Below, piece after piece: positions 24,623 to 36,600 of a stretch of 44,857 nt of DNA (position 1 is the stretch's first letter; every line of letters begins with the position of its first letter). This DNA is from a virus (taxonomy: Duplodnaviria > Heunggongvirae > Uroviricota > Caudoviricetes). The stretch lies in IMG/VR virus record IMGVR_UViG_3300042673_001280. One strand, 5' to 3'. The notes beneath the pieces were generated by a model that saw only the letters and a program-made list of their open reading frames with translations, was not told the DNA's origin and searched no databases. The position numbers and the translations under genes are program-made.

Positions 24623-27600
24623 TTAAAATTGAATTTCGTCACTACCGAATGTATCAGTTATATTATCAAATGTATCTTGAAGCGTTATATGTTCTGCACC
24701 AGGTACTGCATTTATAAAGTTTATTATTGTCTGATCAGCAACCCATTTATTCCCAGTGCGTTTAATAACAGTAATAAGTGTTTTGTCTCCTAACATAAAT
24801 GTTTGAGATAATCTAACAGTTTTAAAAATTCCATTTACTGAAAAATCTGCAGGAAATACTTCTTCAATTCCTAATCGTTCATTAAATACCTTATATGGAG
24901 TTTTTTGCAATCTAATATTACCAACAAAGAATCCCCATATATCATAATCAGATTTAAATGAATCTGCACTCGTATGTGGGCTTTTACATTTATAAGTGTA
25001 ACTACCAAATGTTACAATGTCATCGGTATTATAAAAAACATTAGGCATCCATGATGAACTACTATCATACCCACCAACAAATACTTCAATGTCGTTACAT
25101 TGTCCAAACCCTTTTCTAACAATACTTGCCGATTCTGCTCCTTTCCATATTATTTTAGATTTATTAGGCCTAAACGATAAATTTACTACTATTGATTTTC
25201 CATATATGTGATACAACTCTGAATTTTCGTCAACTCTGATTACTGATTTCTTTTCTAACGAATGATATTCAATAAGAGTAGTATCTGCATATGGGATTGT
25301 TTCAGAAATCCCTATAATTTGAACTATTGAACTAGCGTAATGTATTTCCGGAATGCTCGTTCCTAACGTACCACGACGCAATTGTCCTACTGTATTATTG
25401 TTAATTGTAAAATATTCAATCCGTTCACCGCCAATCTCAATCACACCCGGTTTATTAGTTAGCGGGTCTGGCTGGTCTAACATGCTTACATCGTCTAACG
25501 TAATAGTAGTATCTGTATTTAAAAGCATAACTGTTAATGTTGTTTGTTTACTTGCTGGCAGCCGCTTATAATGCACACGATTCAGCATGTCCTTAAACTG
25601 CATGTATGTATATGTTACATTATCAATAGTTGTGTAAACTTTAATAGCAACAGTATCAACTACTTGTCCAGGAACTATCTCTTCAGGGCCTGCAAAAATA
25701 TTCTCAAACTTATCGCCGTCAATTACAATATCCTCCGGAGCTAATCCAGATGCAGAACTTGCACTAAACCGTCCGCCTGAAATTGCAACATCATAGTCGT
25801 TATCGTTTTCATCAGTACCGTCGCTTGTTACTTCACGAACAATAAACATACACGAACTTGGAATATCTAATTGTTCAGCTTCAAACAATATTTCAAAGAA
25901 TAATTCAGGAATTACTATCGTTGTAACATCTCCGGTTACAGTCGGTGTTTGCATAATTGCAGTGCCGTCTATTCTAATGGGAGATCTATTAGCTGGATTT
26001 GCATCGTAATAAACATTTAACTCCGTGCCTATTGCTGGTATATTAAAACCATCATCTGGAAAATGTATAGTAACTGGCGCCTTTACACCACCAGTAGTGT
26101 ATACAACTTTAACATCGTTAAATTTAGAATTTACATTATCCCATTTAATTGTATCGTATGTATAACTTTCCCATCCGTGTTTTACATTAAAATCTAATCC
26201 ACTAACTTCAACACCGCCGTAATCTATACCAACCATTAATTGAGCTAAGTCTTTACCTAAATCACCAATTTGTGGATTGTAGTAATGCTCAATACGATCT
26301 ACTGCGTTTAATACAGACGAATCTATCAAATAATTTACTACGATAACACTATTTTTTTCTGGTTTATGAGAAAATGTAATTGCTCCAGTATATTCTGTAA
26401 ATCCTTTAGAAGTTGACTTTACAACTTGTAACGTATAATTGTCTCTTATTTCAAGTAATCCATTTACAGTCACTGAATGTGTTCCGATTTTAACATTTGG
26501 TGCCCATTTAAGAGGAAATTGCAGTCTATTACCGGTAACAAGCGTAGTTAGTATTGTTTCTGCCTGTTCTAATTCAGTTATAGTGGTTAACTGTGACACT
26601 CTATCAAATTTCATTTTAATTAAATTAGTACGGATTACACTATTACCAATAATTGCAGCAGCTACTGCCGGAGTGCCGTCATTACTCACACCCCCGGTAA
26701 TAACTACCGTTGGTGTTGATCTATACTTAGACCCTGGTGTTAGAACTATAATTCGATTTATTGATCCATTTAAAATAAATGCTCTAGCAGTTGCACCAGA
26801 ACCCCAGCTGCTTACAATATTAACTATCGGTTCAGTAACATATCCACTGCCGCCATCGATAATGTTTATTGAGGTTACTGAAAACCCAACATTATCTAGC
26901 CAATGTTTCCACGGATATAATTCATCTAGTGCATAATGACTAGAAAAAATTATATCATCGTATACTGTTATTTCCATTGGTTCTGCACGTTTAGTTGTAG
27001 GGTTAATTATTGCAGGTAAATCAAAATCTGTTACTGATAGCTCTGCAGTTTCAATTGAATTATAAGAGCTAACATATTCTCTAATTTGTGTACGATACGG
27101 TTTTACTTCTGACACATAATCTTCAAAGTTTGCTAAATTATCATTCTTATATGTAACTGACTTGCGTAAACTACCTACATTGTGCATTACATTAACAAAA
27201 CTAGTTTTAAATATCCAATCAACATAAGTTTGCTCGCTCATTGCATACCGTACACTTGCAAAAAATAAGCTAAGATATTTGCTGTTATCTATTAAAAGGT
27301 CGTCCTTTATTGCATTTAAAATTATACGCAATTCTACTAATGCATAGTTGTCATACACCCCTAAATCATATAACATTCCGTCATACCCGACTGGTGTATT
27401 TAGAAAATTATATAACAACGAACTAAATTGAATTGTACCTTCTTGGCTTCCAACTACATTATACGCATCCGCCCAATTAGTTGAGTCAATTTCTTTCCAT
27501 TTTTTTAATAACACCCATCGATTTGCAGTAGTAGTTAAAACTTTAACTGTTTGCCCAACTTCAATTTCAAATGCTCCTAAATCAGCATATGTATTAACTG

Positions 27601-30600
27601 CATGATTTATTGCAGTAAACTGGCTGTACGATGGTGCATACCAGTCAACTTTATGCCAGTATTGCATAGTGTCGTATGCTTGCGACACTGATTTAGACCA
27701 AATAGAAGTTGACGGTTCGTACGAGTAAATACTCCATTTCCCATTTGCTTGCAAATCGCTACTTACTAATACTGAAAAACTTCTAATAGTTAATACTGTG
27801 TTCTGTAAATATCCTTCACCTGCATTTAGTATCTCACATCCTTCAATTGACCCAGTTGAACTAATCTTAGCTTTAATTCTTGCGTTAATACCAACGCCGT
27901 GTACATTAATAGTTGGTGCTACTACATACCCGCGGCCTGGTTCAACTACTAAAATGTCAATAATTTTTCCGTTAACTATTACCGGTGCTACACTTGCTTT
28001 TACAAATTTCTTTGTAATAACAAATTGCAATTCAGCATCAGTATCAATAGATTTGTCATATAAGCCGCTAATTAATGTTGGAGGTATATCGTATTTTTGT
28101 AAATTTGATAAATTACAAGTATCAACAATTGGTTGATCGTTATCTCGTAATATTCTGTTAACTTCTTCAATATGTTGTTTAAGTGCTTCAAATCTGTTAA
28201 CAAACATACTTTGACGAGGGCGATTTTCAATACCATATCTTAACTTAACCGGAATTTTTTGATCCGGTACAATTCTATTGTATTCGTCGTTACCGCATAA
28301 ACTATTAATCCACTTTTGTTCTATGTTGGCAGGAAGTATTGATTGAGGTGATGAACTAATCAATTTCCACTGCGTGTGAATATTTTGATCAGTTTTATCA
28401 ATTAACCAATATTCAATCAATAATACAATATTTGTGTGAGTTAATAACGGTCTTACATTTACTAAACTAAATGAATTTTCTCCAGTTAGTGCAATGCATT
28501 GATACCCTTCACCTCTTGGATTAGCAATTATCGCAGATGCATCGCTTGCAGACAACTCACGGCCACTAATTGAAATTGTAGTCTTATTCTTAACCCAGAA
28601 ATAATAAGTGTAGGTAAATCTCTGACTTAACGTATCATACGCCGACACTGTTGAATACGCTAAATCACCGTATAACGATGTTCCGCTAATTCCTAATGCT
28701 AATCCTGCTTCAGTACCTGCATCGTCATCCCAGACTGACGGTTTTACTGTTGATTTAACCCATTCATAAACATCAACCGATGCACCCGGTGCTAATGTGC
28801 TCCATACACTATTTCGATAAACTACATTATCAGTGTAATTATCCATAAACTTAGTAGTACGTTTATCCCACCATAGTACACCAACTTGATCAGCAGCCCA
28901 TGCTATTCCTTCATCTACATTTACAGTAGAATTACCAACTGAATAAGTTGCTGGATCATACGTAGTTTTAAACTTCACTTCTCGATTAATAACCTCTGGA
29001 AATTTTTCTTGAACAGGATCAACTATGTCTAAATATTTAACAGGTGTATTTGTATTTTTGTCATACATTATTACTTGTTTAATTTTTGAAATATTTGGTT
29101 TTGTTATTGCCCTATGTTGCACTGCCCAACTATATGTGTTAGTAGGTTTAATATAGTGATGTATCTGATTAGCATTATCAGAAGTTACAATAATGTTTGA
29201 TGACGTTGAAATAAAACTAGTTCCATATATTCCAGTAATACGTTCACTAAACTGCCATTTAGTTTTATAGATATCAAATATATCTACTGTTGTATCACTT
29301 TTAACAATAATAGTGTTAAAATTATTTACAAACTGAACTTTGCTTGTTGCATATGAGCCAGGCATATTAGATGGATTTAAAATTCTAATTCGTTCTAAGG
29401 TGTCTGTTGAATATACTAGTATGTATGAACTGTTTAGCACTGCAACATAATCAGCATTTTTAGAAATAGCAATACTGCTAGCAAATGAAAAATCAGTAGC
29501 AGGAATAGTAATTATTGGATCAGTGTAATTATCATAGTTGTTATACACATATACATGCGATGCCGCTAATACTGCTAATACATTATTATCAGAAATTACT
29601 ACGTCTTTACCAAAGGTTGATGATGGTTTAATAAAAGTAGAAGTGTTTATCTGCCATGCTATTTTACTAAATGTAATAACCCCTTCCGGTGTTGAATCAG
29701 GCATCTCGTCTAACAATACAGTAGTTGAATTTATTATTGAACGGATAGTTTGCCCTGTAGTAAATCCAATACCTGAGAGTCTCATACCACTTACAAGTTG
29801 AGCTGCACTGGACACTACTAATGTAGTTTGACTACTACCGTTAGGATTATAATACGCTTGCACTGTTGCACTTTCAATTGCAGAATAAGTAGCTTTATAA
29901 ATCCTGTTATTATTTGTGCCTATAAACAGTGTAGTATTGTCAAAAGTTAATGTTTTACCAAACTGCATAGGTGAACTAGGGCGATCAAGTGTAAAATTAT
30001 ATTCATAATAATCACTAGAATTATTTTTATACAATTTTACTTTATTATTCTCTGTGGTTGCTAACCAACTGCCATCCTTAGATAACGCAATTTCAGATGC
30101 AACTATATTAAGTTTTTGCAATACTACCCAGTCAACTGGTTTAACTAAACTACTAGTGAGTTGCAATTTAAAAATATAGACATTAGTTGGTGTTAATACT
30201 GCAACTAAGTTTCCTTCTTTATTTGCAACAATTTTACTACCAACTGACCCGTTAAATATACCGTTGTCAATGACTACTGATTTATAAACTGGATTATACT
30301 TCCATGTTTCCCATTGGCCATTTTCGTTATCAACCCATGCTACATTGTTAGACGGTACAATTGATGCTACTTTTACTGTAAATCCAGTACCTGACCCCAT
30401 GCCGTAATATGTCATAACAGTTGTATTATCAATAAATCCGTTGCCATGGGTTACTAATGTTACACTATCTACTAATCCTTTATCATTTGTAGTAATATTT
30501 GCAGTTGGATACTCTGTTGCAGTAGATCCAGACACATATACTAGTTGAACTGCATTATACGTGTGTGACATAGTGTAGCCAGATCCTGCAGTAAATGTAA

Positions 30601-33600
30601 CCTTAATTGCAGGCAACAACTCATTAAATGTGCAAGTGTTATTATCAATCGACGAAATCTTTCTAGCTACTAATATTCCAATTTCTATACGTGCAGTTAC
30701 AACTTGAACTGCTCGACTGTTAGGAATTGCAATCTCAAAAGAGTTATTAGCATAGTTAACATTTGAAACTTTAAAGAATCCGTCTATTAATTCTGGAGTA
30801 GTATGAGTATTATCTTTAATCCCAATAAATGCATTATTTGCAAACGAAATTGATTCATGAACAGTTATAGTATACCCAGTATCAATCTGTTCAACACTAA
30901 CGACCGATAGCGGTAATTTAACATACTGATACACATTCCAACTATTTTCAACAAACGTACATAAAATATAATCATAATATGTATAATTTAAAATATTAAG
31001 TGCAAGTAATTCAGTATGTGATTTTACACTTGTTTTTACTTCATCTAATCTAGCATATATTGCAGATGATGCAACACTCGGTGCTGCCTGAAATGCAGTT
31101 GCTGATCTATAACCAACAGGTTTTACATACAAGTCGGTAGGTAAGTGCCGAATAACTAAGTCAGTATTTAACGGTTTAGAATCAACTAACTCAAATCCTT
31201 GCGGATTTGTTTTAAATAAAGATTCATCTAATACACATTCAAGCGTGTCAAATGCATTACACGCACCATATTGCCCTGAACGAACTGCCCATTCTTCGTA
31301 GAACTGTAAACTCGATTGATCATCAGCACTTAACACATCAAACAATTTGTTTAACACATTTTGTGTACCTTTTTCAAGAATCATTCCTTGATAAAATTTG
31401 TACTCGCTAACATCATCTTGGATAATGTTTTCTAAATATTGCCGTTTTTGATATCCAGTTAAATGCTGTGCCATTTTCTGTTGATTTACATCAAAATTTT
31501 CGCTGTCTAAACTATAAAAGTCTGTAAACTGTGATGCTTTATAATTCCAATTTGGAAGTAATTTAGAAGTTGGTTTCTTAGATAGCATTACCCAGTGGTC
31601 ATCAACAAACGTTTCATCACCTTGTATTGATGATTTTGCACTATAAAAAAACGAACGATGTTGTACAACGTCACTAACTGCATACGATTTCCATGGAGTC
31701 CATTCTGATATCTTTGCTTGATCAATTACAAACCCAGGTACGTCTAATGATCCGTTCCAAAGTGTGCTTACATAACCCGAAACTTTAAGTTTGTCTTGTT
31801 TATATCCACTTTCTAAATTATAAATGGTGTCATTAAACATAGTAGAATTATTAAGAATTACTACATGCTCATGCTGTACTAAATAAAAACTTGCACAATA
31901 AATTCCAGATTCGTCTCTTGGACTGTATGAAATTGCATTATCTGTTCTATATAACTGTATCATTGGTACTGTTATTTGATGGCCCGATATATCTAAAAGT
32001 TCACAAATATTGTTTGTATTTGATATAGAATCAACAACACTTAAAATTGAAGTAAATGTTAACTTATTTGCTGCAGGACTTAATGAAATTAATGCCGATC
32101 CAACAATATCAAGTCCTGGTAAGAATTCATAATCGCCAATATTAAATATATCCGATTGTATTGATTTAAGTGCAGTAAAATAGCTACCATTAAATCTTAC
32201 AATATCACCACGTTGTATTGCAGTGTACGGAGACCATTCGTACCAAGTATCTTGCATTGATTTCCAATTTGATGTTGTCCAAAATAAGAACTCTTTCGCA
32301 CTAGTTTCCCAGTTTGCAATGTCACGCAAGTCTGTATTAAAGTCATTAAAATCAAAACCTTGTTCAATTAGCCACTGACCGTACCCTAATAAAAAGTCAA
32401 CTACTGCTTGAATTGAATCTAATTTACTGCCGTATTGTAATATAACTGGAGTTTTAACCCATTTTTGTTTAAAACCTGCAGAAACTCCGCCAATGATTGG
32501 TAATTCGCCTAGCATTGCAAAGTAAGAGTTATCAAATACAGATGATGCTACATGAGTAGTAGTTACACGGTAATACTTTTTATTATATAGAACAATTTTT
32601 CCTTCAACAAAAGTTTGTAAGGCACCCCACACTGCATATGCCTCTGAAATTCCACCAATGTTTACTATTGTACCTACACCAAGACCTTCGTAATATCTAA
32701 AATACGGTTGTAGTTTGCTGTATCCTTTAATCTCAAAGCCGCCTTCAACCTTAGTAATAATTACACCACTATATGTTATAGTAGCAATAGGAGATGATGT
32801 GTTTAATACTACTGTATAATCTTCTTGAGGAATGAATACACTACCGACAGTAGTTGGAGATTTTGAATCTAATAATAAATTAAATTTTTCTTTACTAGTA
32901 AAGCCGCTTACTCGATAACAAAGTTTAGCAGTTATTAGTTTTAAATTATGTTTATACTCGTTATACTGTTGCAACGATTCACAATTAAGATAATTAACCA
33001 AATAATTTAAAAGTCCTGCAGTTTGAACTCGATCATTTCCTAAATATATGCTAGGCAATACAATGTCGCTTGGTTTAATTCGTAATCCAGTTTCAGAATA
33101 TATAAGTTGCCCAGCGTTATTCCGTTTAATTCTTGATCTATCTAATAGCAAACCTATAGTTTTTGCAGGTGTTAATAATATAGCAGTTTTAATTACACTA
33201 AACGAATAATGCGAATGTCTTCTCCATGCTGATTCTAACGGGGATACATCACCAAATGTAAAATCACCTTGATTTGATTGAGAAATTATACCTGTAGTAA
33301 AATTAGAAATGCGAGGATCAACTAATCGGCCGTCTGAGTCAACTGGAATATGATCTAACAAATCTGGTTTTATATGTTTGAATATATTATATGTAAATGC
33401 TGGATCTTTTACTAAACCATTGCTTAGATCTTCCCATAAAATAAGATTATCCTTTGTGTACGGAGCTGGTCCATAAACACTTACCCACCATAACGGCTCT
33501 TCGCTAAACCCTAGCATTTCCCATGGACAAATGTGAGGACGATCAGTCCTAAGCATCCATTGATATATACCTCTCCAATATTTAGGACCAACAGTGCCAT

Positions 33601-36600
33601 CAGCTGCAATATGATTTTTGTAATTAAAGGTAAATGGATTCTGATCATCATATGTTAACGGTGTTGAAAAATCTATACCTATATTAAGCGACCAAGAATA
33701 AAAATTAGACATTAACGCGTCGTTAAACTCTTGTAAACTATAATCAGATAATTGATAATAACAAGGAATTACATCATTTATATCAAAAATAGATTCATCG
33801 TATGCTACTTTTATATTATTATAAATTCGTTTTTCTAATTCTAAAATTAAGTCGTCTCTATAGTCATTATATGCTAATGTTAAACTACCATCATGGCCTT
33901 GAATCATCCAGCGAGGCGTAACTAGTGTAGTATCTAAATACATTTTTGGTTCGTATTTAGGCCACATACCTAACTTTGTAGGTGTTTCAGGAACTAAACA
34001 ACCATCAGTAGTATCGTATTCAAAAATAGAAATAATGTCGCCAGTAACTAACTCAGCAGTAACAGTAACAAACCCTTGGTCACTAAACGTGTAATCTCGT
34101 CTATGTAAAAGTTGTAGGTCGTTTAAGTACACATTAACTGCTTTATTTGATAATTTAGATAAACTAAACACTGCTGATAATGAAAAAATCGTATTGCTTG
34201 AATCGGCAACTAAGAAATCAGTTCTTATTTTTGATCCAGTTGGTACCATATCACTAAAGTAATACGATGATGTTGCTGGTGTATCTTTAATAATAGTCTG
34301 TAATATTAAATCAGTATGTGGTACGGTATCTAAATCTACACCAAGTGAGTCGGCTAGATTTATAAAAATACGTTTAAATTTACAATAGTCATCTCGTGCT
34401 TGGTCAATTGCACGAATTACGTTATGTGAGTCTGATGTTATGTGATATACTGCTAAACTAGCAGGACCACTGTGCTGAATAAACTTTGTGCCAAATTTTG
34501 ATACACTTCCTAAATCTCTTAAATTACCAACTCCTGGAAAATCTCCAAGAAACTCAGTAGTAGCACGTAAATTATCAACAATACTTTCAACATGATCAAT
34601 CACTTCACCTAATGTAAATTCAGTAAGCTCGCCATTTAATGGGTTGTTCTGTATGTTATTAGGAAATTCATAATACCCATTTGAATTTATTGTAGTATTA
34701 GCATACACTTTAAACATTATCGTATCAGTTACTTTAACATCGTTGCTAAAAATAATCCGATAATACGGAAGTATTGCATCTTCTGTTCCAATTGTTTGTA
34801 TCCAATTGTTAACAACAACGCCGTCTACATATGTTTGCTGAGGCACGCACACGCCATTTACATATACCCGCACTTGAATAAATGCAGGTGCTACATCAAA
34901 AATGTCTATATCAAAATTATTAGTTTTATTTGAATTTCGATATAACCGAATTGCTGCTTGTGGTGGACCTACATAAGTTTCCCATCCATTTACAAATCCA
35001 TTATAGCTGCTGTATAAAAAACCGGTGTTTATTTGTTTACTAACTGTAGTTCCGTTATATTCATATTGAAATGTGTCCGATAATAATGTAAAATTAAATA
35101 CAATATCACCAATGTTATTAATATTTTTATGCGATAACGAAAACCCTAAATTGTTATCAACAGTACCGTTACCTACTTTATAAGAAAAGATTGAAGTTCC
35201 TTTAAACGTAGTTCCAGGATATGTACTAGTGTCGCCAAAACTTATTAAATCTTCGTTGTATGCATCAAATAATGGTAACTGATTTAGCTCTGTCTTTTGT
35301 TGGCAAGTAACCCAGCTAATTCCATTAAACCAATACATAGAACCTTGCGCCAATCTTCCTTCTTTTACTAGAACTACTTGATCATATTCTGGATATGATT
35401 CTAATACTAATCGAATTTGCGCACTTGTTGAACCTAACTTAACCTCATGTTTAACATCAATAAACTCAACACGATAAATGTTGTTTGCTACTAACGAATC
35501 AGTATCGGCTGTAAATATAACACGCTGACCGTTAGTTAAGGTAACACCATCAATGCTATATCCTAATGATCCTTCTATTGTTGAAAATGCATCAACAGTA
35601 AACTGATCAATAACTGACACATCAGTAATTGCATTACTTCCAAAATTAAATAATTTTAAATTTTTCTCAAATTCAATGATTGGTCTAACTGCTCGCATTG
35701 ATTGGTCAAACGATGCATGTATACCATTAAGTGTTGCACTCTGTTCAATAACAGCTTTGTGTATCCATCTATTATTTCTACTCCAACCGTTTTTATCGTT
35801 ACTTCCTCGATTAATAACAATGTAATCAGGTTTACCGGAATACGATACTGCATCACTAAAAGGAGTTGTGTCAAACTTAGATGTGTCAAATAATATCGAT
35901 TCAGATGTAGTATACGGAGTAATAATTTCTAACTGAGATTCATTAATTAATTGAATTGACTCGCCAACTCCTTCAACATAATACCGTCCAGTTTTGTACT
36001 CAGCAGGGTAAATATTTCCAACAAACCGAACTTTCATTCCGTTACTTAATAAACTATTAGAGCCAAATTGATACGTTAGTTTACCTATAATATCAGCATC
36101 AACATTAAGTTCTCCACTTATTGCAGGATCTAAAATAATAAATAATCCACCAAAATTTACATCACTTTCACTAACATAAAATAATTCAGATGGTGCATTG
36201 TCCGGAACAGTGAATTCAATAATACCATTTTCAGTTGCATTGTTTAATAATGTAGGAGTGATATATCGATTTATTTCCCCTGCATCGCGGTCAGTTTTAA
36301 TACTAAATGGATGTCCAGTGCTATCAATTTTAAAATAATAAGTATAACCTTTGTATAATGTAATAGTTGGGTTTTGTAAAGTAGTGTTTGCCGAAAATAG
36401 ATAAGATTCAGAATTTATCGATACACTGTATGTACTAATAACATCGTATTGCAGTGCAGTACTAATAGTAACTGTGTCTGCGCCATTTGGCATCCAGTAA
36501 TAATTTTGAAAATTAACAAACTTATCCCAATCAATGTGCGGATTCCAACTATAAAATTCTTCTTTATTTACGCGAGAATGATTTGATGCATTATCATTTC

